NCBI GenBank assembly: GCA_002269645.1
Contig: NIVC01000440.1
Span: 372,001 to 436,000, forward strand
DNA from: Macrostomum lignano
Lineage: Eukaryota
DNA length: 64,000 nucleotides
Direction of reading: 5' to 3'
In this document: positions 38,446 through 49,255 of the stretch, in pieces
Position numbering within the stretch: position 1 is the stretch's first letter
Layout of the letters: each line of letters starts with the position of its first letter
Made by a program: the position numbers and the translations under genes
Notes under the pieces: model-generated
Database searches by the model: none
The model's input: the letters and a program-made list of their open reading frames with translations, nothing else
Told to the model about the DNA's origin: nothing

Positions 38446-39534
38446 TAAATAAGGGGACCGTAGCTTAGTGGTCTAGCTAGCGCGGCGCACTGGTGTGTCA
38501 GCAGCCCATGGAGGATGCCCTCGAGAGCCAACCCCCAAGGCACAGTGAAGTGTACATGCCTAACGATAAATAAAGTTAGGACCGCTGTACGCTCCTGTGT
38601 GAGTGTGTGCGTGTGTATGACTGCGTACATATCCGCGCGCTTATGTGCCTGCTCAGGGGAGTCTGCGGAATGGGCAGCAATACCTCTCGCCGCTTGTGTG
38701 ACAATGTCGCTTAATAGTGCACACAGTCTTGAATTAATTTAACCAAAGAAACTAAAGCTGAATGCCAAAATAAACACGAACTCTCTGGGAAAAATGTAAA
38801 CAGTTATTTAAGAACGTTGAGCTATTTAAAAGTACAGTACAGTTATAAACCCGGAAAATGCATAGCTACTGTCTGATTTATCGACACGTTGTTATTATTT
38901 ATTCCTATTTTATTCAAGAAAACTGCAGGGAATTTTCTGGAATCTAAACAACTGCTGAAGTTTTACTGATTTTTCAAAGAGAGATCAGATCGACAATCCG
39001 TTCGAACTATTAGATGTAGCCACTTACCAACAGCAGATACATACATGTGGAGAATAAATCTTTTTCTTTCATTAAAAGCTACCAGAGATAGCCAGCAAGC
39101 AAGGTTCAGGCAAAATAACTCTTTTCTTCTTGTCTCCATAGTGTAATTTTTCTAGACATGGTGGCTCAAGTTTGTGTTCGGAAGTCCAGAAGGTGAAGCA
39201 TTGTGAATTTTAAAACTGAAACATTTGTTTATCTATAGCTAATGCATTCGCACGAATTTCAAGTATCGCGTCCTACTTTTGTTGTCCTTGACTATAGCTG
39301 TCGTTGAAATAATTCAGCTAAAAAGGTAACACAAATAAATCTGGTGTTCATTCTTCCATTTAAATGAGCAGTAGGAACAACAAAGCTTGCTCACTTATCG
39401 GATGAAATATGAAGTTGGCCCGAACTGATATCCGGAATCCTTTACCAACCAGCTGATCGTTTGTGAACTGCAACTTCAAAATGAAGGACGTAGATTCCCG
39501 GTTTCCGTAGATCTGGTCCAATAATTAAGCGTCA

Positions 39535-39810
39535 TTTGGGCCAGATGTGCAACTGACAGCTCAGCCGCAGCTATTGCGCGGCGCATCTGAAGGCTGCGTA
39601 CGGCTGTTCAGTCCAAGGACTGGGGGGTCGCCACACACACCCCCAATTACCCCAGCTAATGCTGGCCCCAATTTTACAGCTTGGGTGAACTGAAGCAATG
39701 CAGAGTTAAGTGTCTTGCTCAAGGACACAAATTGTTCCAGTGGGATCGGGAATTGAACCCCCGGATCTTCGAGTCGTGAGACCGACGCTCTAACCACTAG
39801 ACTACAATCC
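39535..39810 (-). mobile_element. tRNA-derived SINE, full length
   Basis: A/B boxes; central domain TGTCCTTGAGCAAGACACTTAACTC..GCTGTAAAA (CORE/V-domain-like); tail shared with the other two copies. Confidence 0.88.
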
Positions 39811-41166
39811 GATCGGTGCATAGTAAAAGTAGTGTAATGCAATACAGATCTTACTACAATAGTTTAGCAAAAAGGAAATCTGTAGCTCCAACCTATGCAA
39901 CGCTTTCTGGTCGCTATAAAGACAATGAAAAAAATGCGTTATAGTTTTAGCGTTGGGTGTTTGGACCGGAGATCAGAAACTGTGGAACCCCTGCTCCAGC
40001 CAGCAGGCAGTCGAACTGCAGCGGCTGTGAGCAGTACAGGGTAGAAGTTTTTAGGTCATACGGATATCAGAGTTTTTAGTGATAAAACAAATTATAAGCT
40101 TCTTTAACATCCGCATTTCTTTAGTTGTTGACATCTGCAGAAAAGAGCACTTAAAGTGTCGCTACGGTGGAGAGGAGAGAGGGGCAGAGAGCACCGCACG
40201 CCAAGATGCTATTTCGGGTGAAAAACCGAAGCTTCTGTTGTATACGCTTACTGTGCCTATTGTGCCTTAGGTATTGTGCATAATTGGAGTGCGGTTTCTA
40301 AATTCGAAGCTCAACACAGTGCTACAATTGGCCACGCAAAATGTACGCCAGTTGCCTAACATCCTACATTCTAAGCTTTGAAAATTCTGTATTAGCACGT
40401 TACTTGTATTAAACAGCTTGAAAGGCAAACAAAAATTCAATGCGGAAAAAACTGTTTAGTTCGGGCAAAGAAACCGCTAGTTAAACCTGCAGAGATGCAG
40501 CAAGTATCACACCGTATTCCAATGCAGTTCGCACTAATCGCCCTTTTGGGTAAGTTGTTTTACCTTGTGTTGTATTATAGTGGCTTGTATGTACTTGTTG
40601 CAATAAGAAGCTAGAGCTGTCAAATAGTGTCATTTTGACTGTAAGGATTTCAGTTTAACTTATAAAATATTTCATGTTGGCACAAAACCGGCAATCAATG
40701 CCCCCGTTAAAAAGGCGACAGAGAAAGAAATATTTTTTTCGAATATACTACCTGTAGCTTTTGCCCTTGTACGGTTTGATGCTTAAAGCAAAAAAAGCAT
40801 CAGCTCAGCACCGGCCTACATGTATGAACTTTGGCCTAACCCCACATAAGCCTAATTGACAGCTCAACACCTCCCACTAAACCTTGACCCACACTAAAAG
40901 ATTCATTTCTTTTAAAAGAGAAAAGAAGAGGCAAAAACAAGTGAAATGTCTTTATGAAGTTTTTTTGCCGCTACTTCGTATTTAGTAGGATTACAAGCAA
41001 ACATACAAACCTTATAAAGATTTTGTATGTTTAGATTATACTGGATGTCTAGGATAAACTTACAAATAAACCTTCAGGTAAGTTACTGTCAACCAACCAA
41101 CCTTCTAAGATAGCTGTTTTGTTGCCCCCGAGTCTGTTTGTAGCAAGATAGCGTAGTACGAGCTAC

Positions 41167-41627
41167 ATGTACTTTATTTATTCACTTTTAGCCACAATTC
41201 TGCCAATAGCCGTCAATAGTAAAGCAATAACAACTGACGACGACGCGACCTTGACGACCGACACGACATTGACTGAGGATGCAACTTCCGATTCCAAGGC
41301 CAGCTCAAGGCACACAGATGCGCCGACCACCACGCCCTCTGAAGTGTCTTCTATTGCTTCGGACGACACGTTGGCACCACTACGAGGCAAATGCTATGAT
41401 TTAATTTTTGCTGTTGCTTTGGGCTATAACTAAACAGAACAAGCTAAATAAACCTGCAGTGTGCTCACATTGTTTCAGGTGTTATGACATTGGCAAAAAA
41501 ATTTTTGATCGCCATCGGGGCATGCACAGGAGGGTGCCTCGTACTGGCAGCAGTTGCGTCACTGATTTTTTCTTCAGGGGTATGGATATTGTTACACGAT
41601 TACTGTTCACGAGTAAAGCCGCGGTGA
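41167..41627 (+). CDS. Putative small type I membrane protein with Thr/Ser/Asp-rich ectodomain (~122 aa)
   Basis: Exon 41167-41386 (signal-like MYFIYSLLATILPIAVNS, then T/S/D-rich); 92 nt GC-AG intron (AG|GCAAAT..CTCAC..TTTCAG|); exon 41479-41627 gives a hydrophobic helix FLIAIGACTGGCLVLAAVASLIFSSGVWILL and tail HDYCSRVKPR. Confidence 0.5.
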
Positions 41628-43080
41628 TCTCCATTTGTTGCAATTAAAAAATTCTAATTCCTTTTATTTTTACCTTTTCAGACTTTGTAACATCTTGCGC
41701 CGCAGTATTTCGGAACAATTTGGTCGAGTGAATGACATAGATTGTACTGTATTTTTTAATGTTCGGTCAATAAAGAACATATAACTTACACTGGAGTTCA
41801 CGCGCGTTACTTTTACTAATTTTATTCAGTTACTTTACCCCGCGATACTATATAATTTAGGTAATCATTATTAGATCTGAAACTTTTCATTCTAGCTCTA
41901 CATGTAAGTAATTGTATTCACAGCTGTAAACAAATAAATTGTACACTTGTAACCTCGTAATTTCTATGCTTCAGTAGACAACTTAAAAAACTTAAAAGAC
42001 AACATATGTTATTCACTATAAAAACTTCTATGAATATTTCATTTCACGTTCTTACCTATATTACAGAAGAACCTAAACGACTCTTTTGGTCGTCGGCTTT
42101 TCTAGACACGAATATTATTGCAAAAGCTATCGAGAAGAATTCTCTATTAATTTTAATTAGCTTTTCGTCGCCATTTACATGTACATGTAAATGTTTGAAG
42201 AACTGCCAATTTCATTTTAAGATTAGCTATGATCCAGCAGAGCAACTCATTGGTCTGACTCGGTCTCGCCACGACCTATGATTCGATTCCGTGCGCAAAC
42301 CGCAAACAAGGACCACTGTATAGATATAGCTATGTCATGCAACTTTGAGTAACATGTGTTGTGTATGTACTCGAATATGTATAAATTACTTGGGATGAAT
42401 CAGAATTTTTTGGCTGATAGAGCAAATCAAGTACTATTTTAACTAGCAAATGCAGACAACCGTCTTAAAGCCAGTGCAGCTCTTAAAGCACTTTTTACAC
42501 ATGGTGAATTACAAAACATAGTTGAAAAGCTTTATTTTGTAAAATACGATGGTACCGTAATACCCATTGTACATAAAATCATATTGGTTTGTTTTACTGA
42601 CATAGTTCGTTCTGGACATCGATAACCATTTTAAAATGGACACTGCAGGCTATATGTTCAAAAAGCGGTAGCTACGCATTGAAGTTGTAATAATTATTAT
42701 TGCCGAAGCGCCTGAAAGCTCAACAGACACTTATAGAGAAATATCCGGTTTGTCTTTTGCCGTTATAGTGGTATGTACATCTATTTGAAAGCAATGCTTA
42801 CTTCATTCGTATTATTTTTTGATATCCTAATCCACGAGAAATTTTTCTTTGAGTATATTTGCATTGTCATTTTAAAAAATTCAATTCGTTGGTTGGGGTG
42901 TAGTCTTGAAATTTATATATATTTTTTCCAATTATATATTGATTTTGAAAAAAGCATTTTGTTTAAACTTATTAGTTAACGTGTTAGAACTCTTTAAGGT
43001 CAAATTTACCTTAATTCTTTGAATTCAATAAATTATTAAGTTAATAATAATTCAAAGAATAATATAAATCAAATAATGTT

Positions 43081-43112
<32 letters not shown>

Positions 43113-43396
43113 CCTTTATTTATTTATTACCGAGTTACCGAATTAATTTATTAAAAGTATGGGTATTTTGTTGTACTTTTTATTTGCAACTCAGTTTGTC
43201 ATAAATTACCATAGACTAATTTCCTTTTACAGTTCTTTCTCGCAGTTAAGTTTCTCGCCCCAAGCCCTCTCGTCTTTAACTCATAAAATATATTGCAATT
43301 CGAATCTAAGTCAAGTTGTAGTTTCACTACAAATTGGTCCGGTGAGGCGGCGAAAGATATTACTCGCATACTCAATACTCACAGAAGACAAATCCA

Positions 43397-44301
43397 ATGA
43401 CGGACAGTGCAAGCAACAATTCCGCTCCTACACCACCTACAACCACGCAAGCCGCACCAAGTTCGGCCGCACCAGTGGTTACAACTGCAGTAGGAAACGC
43501 CGCCGACACCGCTATAGTCTCCCTGGCCCACCTGAAGCTGCCAATCTTCTATCGCAACAACCCGGAAGCATGGTTCCTCACGCTGGAGGCCCAGTTTATG
43601 CTCAACAGGGTGACCAACGAGACCGCCAAATTTTACCACCTAGTCTCTCATCTACCGGAGGATATCGCGGCTCTGCACTTGTCCGCTCAGACTCCAAAAC
43701 AGTACGAACAACTGAAATCAGCGATTACATCGACTCTGCAAAAGTCCAAGCAGGAGAAGGTTTCGGAAGTATTGCAAGTCTCGGACCTCGGAGGAGACAA
43801 GCCATCAATCTTCATGCGCAAACTCCGGAGCAAGATGGAGCAGTGCCAGATACAGCCCGACGAGGATCTCCTCAAGGCCACTCTGATGCGCTGTCTTCCA
43901 CAGGACCTTCGTATCGCACTGTCGGGATTCCAACAGCAGTCATCCCAGCAAATTTCCGAGATTTCTGACTCGATGTTGGTCGTCAGAGGCCTTAGCTCTC
44001 CATCGCCAGCGACAGTTTGCCCAATTCAGCAGGCCGGTGCAGATAGGACACCCAACAGCGCTTTGAGCAAGCTCCACACCGACAAGCACCTGGTAAGCCC
44101 ACTGGAACAGACCCATTTAAGCCTGGCCAACGCCCCGTCGTTTGCCGCTCACACCTCTACTATGGCCGCCGTGCTCGGTCGTGTCGCCCCTGGTGCCAGT
44201 TTCCCAAGGACAGCTCGCGTCCGATCCGAGTGCTGCATCCCAATGAAAAAACGCCATCTCAGTCGCGTTCATCATCACCTTCTCGACAGCCGGAAAACTA
44301 A
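43397..44301 (+). CDS. gag: Gypsy gag (one -1 indel near 44050)
   Basis: [30 protein letters not shown]. The CHCC knuckle [18 protein letters not shown] (C-X2-H-X9-C-X3-C) lies in the -1 frame and ends PEN* at 44299-44301. Confidence 0.85.
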
Positions 44302-47300
44302 ATCGCACTGCGACCGAGGTCGCGGTGCGCAGTGCCGAGATACCATCGACCACCTGTTTGGAGTTAGATGTTAAAATCAACAATACCTACAGCAAGTTTC
44401 TTGTGGATACCGGAGCCTCGGTTTCCATTGTTCCACCTCACCTCGTTAATGCACTCGTTCAAGATACAAACGTTCGTTTAATTACTGCTACCGGAGCCGC
44501 CATACCAGTTCGCGGGTCGGTCCTACTGGATGTCTCAATCCGCGGTTTGCGTCGCGCCTTCCAGTGGACCTTCCTCGTGGCGTCAGTGGTGAAACCCATA
44601 ATTGGTTACGATTTCTTGGCTCACCATGGGTTAGTTGTCGATTGTCAGCGCAAACACGTTCGAGACTCAGAAACAGGACTGTCTACTGTTACCTTGTCAA
44701 TTTCAAATGTTCATTGTGGCCCATTCACTGTGTCGGTAGAACTGCCACCCAACCTGGATTCTCGGACGAGTACGCTGTTGACAAAGTTTGCAGATTGTTT
44801 TTCTTTCGTTGAAGGCGGAGCCCTTCCGCCAGCTTCAGAGGTCAAGCATGACACTGTTCACCGGCTAGACACTGGTAGTGGACAACCAATTCACTTGCGA
44901 CCCCGGCAACTGCACCCTGCAAAACTACAGGCTGCAAAGCAGGAGTTTCAGCAGCTAATCGATGCTGGCTACCTCAGACCTTCCTCAAGCGCTTGGGCGT
45001 CACCCCTCCACATGGCACCCAAGGGAGCTGGCTGGCGTCCGTGCGGTGACTATCGCGAATTGAACAAACGAACAAAGCCGGACAACTATCCGGTTCCACA
45101 CATTCAAACATTCACTCGGTACCTACACGGAAGCACTGTGTTTTCAAAGTTAGACCTTGTTCGCGCCTTTCATCAAATTCCAGTCGCCGAAGAGGATATT
45201 TGCAAAACCGCTATCACCACACCGTTTGGATTGTTCGAGTACACACGCATGCCCTTCGGCCTGAGGAATGCAGCACAAACATTTCAACGCTTCATCGACT
45301 CTGTTTTTCACGGACTGTCATTCGTCATCTCTTACATCGATGATGTCCTGATATTCTCAAAGACTCGTGAGGACCACTACTCGCATTTGGAACAAGTTTT
45401 GGACCGCCTAAGAACACACGGCCTACAGGTTCATTTGAAGAAGTGCGAATTCTTTCAGTCCGAGGTAGATTTCCTTGGCCATCGCGTGACTCCTGAAGGA
45501 ATAAAACCTCTCCAGAAGAAGATCCAAATAATCACTGACTGGCCGACACCCACGGATTCGAATGCACTTCGGCGCTTCCTCGGTGTCGTCGGTTTCTACC
45601 GTCGATTCGTTCCCAACTTTGCCGACCGCATCTGTCCGCTGCAAGACCTACTCACTGCATCACTACAGTCAGCAGGAAACTTCCAATGGACAGAGCAGCA
45701 TCAGAAATCTTTCGAAAACATCAAACAAGCTCTCTCAGAGAGACTACTGCTGCATCATCCGGACCCCAACTGTACTGCGTACCACCTGTACACTGATGCC
45801 TCAGCCGACTGTGTTGGTGCCGTTCTGCATCAAACCTCTTCAACCGGAACGTCACCTCTTGGCATGTTCAGCAAGAAGTTGTCGTCATCTCAAAGGATGT
45901 ACAGCACGTTCGACCGAGAACTACTCGCGGCGTACCTGGCAGTGTTGCACTTCCGCAGCCTCATTGAAGGACTGAGCGTGACCTTGTTCACCGATCATAA
46001 ACCACTAGCTCAGGCCTTCCACGCCAATCGCACCACTACGTCAGATCGCAATCAGCGCTACTTGACCGTCTTGTCCGAGTACGTGGCAGATGTCCAGTAC
46101 ATTCGCGGTGCAGACAACGTAATAGCTGATGCCCTTTCTCGACTGCCTGACTTCCCAGTGAATGATCACGTGTCCAACATCGCAACAGTCGCTGTAGTCG
46201 CTGCCCCATCAAGCCAATTCCCTGTTGATTGCCCAGTATCGCTGAAGCACAACGACCGGAGTCGTTCTCAGCTGCACCAAATATTCGATCGTATTCTCTG
46301 GACAAAGACGTCGTCGTTTGGTGTGAGACGTCAACGCCGTATCCTCGCCCGATCATTCCGCCGTCCCTCCGCGACGCCGTGATTGCTTCCTTCCATCGAC
46401 TTGGTCATTTCGGCTACCGTAAAACAGCAAAACTCATCACAGAACGTTACTTTTGGCCCGGAATGCGCAAGTCCATCAAGACCTACTGCTGGAACTGCCA
46501 GGACTGCCAACGGAGTAAAGTCACTCGCCACACTGTCTCCCCGCAACAGGCCTTCGCATTACCATCAAATCGCTTTGAGGCGGTACACATCGATATTGTG
46601 GGACCACTTCCACCAGCTAATGCTACCACCTTTGGCCACCAGTCTGCTCGCTACCTTCTCACGATGGTCGACCGCTCGACTGGCTGGCTAGAAGCTACAC
46701 CACTGGAATCAATAACCGCGGAAGTAGTCGCCCATGCATTCGTCTCGTCTTGGGTCTCGCGCTACGGAGTGCCACTGTATGTAATCACTGATCGGGGGCG
46801 CCAGTTCGAATCAGAATTCTTTCACTCGGTCTCGTCATCAATTGGTTTTCATCGATTACGCACAACGGCCTACCACCCTCAAACCAATGGCAAGGTCGAG
46901 CGAGCCCATCGCACCCTGAAGACGATGCTACGTGCTCGAGGCAATGACTGGCTGACAGACCTACCTGTGGCTCTCCTCGCGATGCACGTCGCACCTGACG
47001 ACCAAGGAATATCACCGTTCACCAGGGTTACGGGCGAGCTTCCGATGGTTCCGCGCATTCTAACTTCTGAACCACTCGCCCCAACGGACATTCGGACACG
47101 GCTGCAGGAACTGCTGACAGAGTTACCGAGTCCACACGCGAAGACGCACGAACCACGGAGCTACGTACCCAAGGACCTGGAAATGGCTGAATTCGTCTGG
47201 GTTCGGGTCGATCGCGTGCGGTCGCCGCTCGAGGCGCCGTACTCAGGGCCGTATCGCGTGAAACAGCGAACTGACAAGTTCTTCGTTATTTTCCTACCGT

Positions 47301-47503
47301 CAGGCAACACCGAATCTGTCTCTATCGATCGCCTCAAGCCGGCGCGACTTTCGCTTCCGAAGTCGGCTGTTCAGCCGGCCGCGAACTCGCTGCCGGAAAA
47401 AGCCGCCAAACCAAAGGAACCGGTGGACTCATCACCTCCTAGAGCGACCTCTAGCGGCCGCCGAGTCCAATTCCGACGCCATAATGATTACATTTATTAT
47501 TAA
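44299..47503 (+). CDS. pol: Gypsy pol polyprotein (protease, RT, RNase H, integrase; one -1 indel near 46228)
   Basis: LVDTGA protease; RPCGDYR, MPFGL, YIDD RT; TDAS..FTDHKPL RNase H; H-X3-H..C-X2-C zinc motif, HIDIVG/TDRG/VERAH DDE core and GPY motif in the integrase. Confidence 0.92.
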
Positions 47504-48016
47504 CCTTGTAATGTATAACGTCTACTGACTGCTGTTCCAATGTTCTCAATATTTCTCAATGTTCAACCCTTCATATAAAATTTAGCTCGTATTTCAACTG
47601 TATAACCGCTTCGTTTCAATAATTTAAGCCATTCCACCATTTTATAATTCAGTTACAGTCTCTTTTCCCCGTGCTCCGCAATTGGAGGGGGGAGTCGTAT
47701 GGGTATTTTGTTGTACTTTTTATTTGCAACTCAGTTTGTCATAAATTACCATAGACTAATTTCCTTTTACAGTTCTTTCTCGCAGTTAAGTTTCTCGCCC
47801 CAAGCCCTCTCGTCTTTAACTCATAAAATATATTGCAATTCGAATCTAAGTCAAGTTGTAGTTTCACTACAAAAGAGTTAGACTTAAATGACCAGTAATT
47901 GAATAAAAAAACAAAAAAGTTTGGAACATAAGATAAAGTTGATCACATGCCTCAATAAATTTCTTTCTAGTACATTGCGTATTTTCCGACTGTGTGCTAG
48001 ACTATTCAAGGAATCG

Positions 48017-49032
48017 ATGAATCTCATTTATTTATATGGTAAGTTTGTATTTTTTCTATTGTAATTACCGATGTACTGTACATAAGAGCTATATATAATA
48101 AAATCAATCAAAGTGAATTTATATTTTTCAGCAGTCCTACTGACCTGCGCTTGCTTGGCGTCCTTCAGTTTGGCGGTTCAACTTGATTCCAACTCGCAAA
48201 GAAGCTTCACAATTGACTACGACAACGATACGTTTCTAAAGGATGGCCAACCATTCCAGTACATATCCGGCAGCATTCATTACTTCCGCCTGCTTCCTGC
48301 CGACTGGGACGATCGGCTGGCCAAAATGCGAGCCGCCGGCCTGAACGCCGTGCAGATCTACGTGCCCTGGAATTTCCATGTGCCCAGGCCTGGCCAGCAC
48401 CGGTTCACCGGTTCGGCCGACCTCGACCTGTTCCTGGCGCTGGCGCAGAAGCACGACCTCTTGGTCATTGTGCGCGCCGGTCCGTACATCTGCGCCGAGT
48501 GGGACTTCGGCGGCCTGCCAGCCTGGCTGCTGCAGCGCAACGCCTCCATGGTGATGCGCAGCAGTGACCCGCAGTTCCTGGCCGCAGTCGACGAATGGAT
48601 GGCCGTCCTGCTGCCCATCATCGCCAGGCGTCTGTACTCCAGCGGCGGCAACGTGATCATGGTGCAGCTGGAGAATGAGTACGGTAGCACTGGTCAGTGC
48701 GACCTGGCCTACATCCGGCATCTGTACCAGCTGGGCAGGCGTTACCTAGGCAACCAGACGGTGCTGTTCAGTACAGACGGACAGTCTGCCGGCTTTCTGA
48801 AGTGCGTCGCGAAAGAAAGACTGTTCTACGCTACTGTGGACTTTGGACCGGAAGGCAGTGAGTTGTTTTTCTCTACGAGTGTGTTAAGTGCTTGTGTAGT
48901 TAGTTAGTTAGTCAGTTAGTTAATTAGTTATTTAGTTATTTAGTCAGTCAGTTAGATAGTTAGCTAGTTAGTTAGTTAGTTAGTTAGTTGGTTAGTTAGT
49001 TGGTCAGTTAGTTAGCTAGTTAGTTAGTTAGC

Positions 49033-49074
<42 letters not shown>

Positions 49075-49156
49075 GTTAGTTAGCTAGTTAGTTTGTTAGT
49101 TAGCTAGTTAGCTAGTTAGCTAGTTAGTCAGTTAGTTAGCTAGTTAGTTAGTTAGC

Positions 49157-49255
<99 letters not shown>

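Larger units (their letters stand above)
37120..40030 (-). pseudogene. Multi-CUB-domain gene, apparently inactivated
   Basis: CUB-like segments: ~40030-39815 (ISGPN..NY..FHCLYS..LQISF, with in-frame TAA), ~39520-39395 (LKLQFTNDQLVGKGFRISV), 37926-37610 (CNG..YQDNMNFDWTL..DLEPCCDSVFIYDG) and 37459-37120 (CNG..NCSWTIGSPPGHYLALSF). Phase-1 splice sites; one 1-bp indel in each of the last two exons. Confidence 0.55.
43157..47870 (+). mobile_element. Full-length Ty3/Gypsy LTR retrotransposon, CsRn1 clade (4.7 kb)
   Basis: Identical 174 bp LTRs (43157-43330, 47697-47870); PBS TGGTCCGGTGAGGCGG at 43335; PPT GGAGGGGGGAG just before the 3' LTR; gag and pol in PR-RT-RH-IN order; AAAA on both flanks. 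Confidence 0.96.

Noticed and set aside
43159-43968. 269 aa ORF starting in the LTR
   Set aside because: Alternative-frame shadow of gag; the same start recurs in the 3' LTR.
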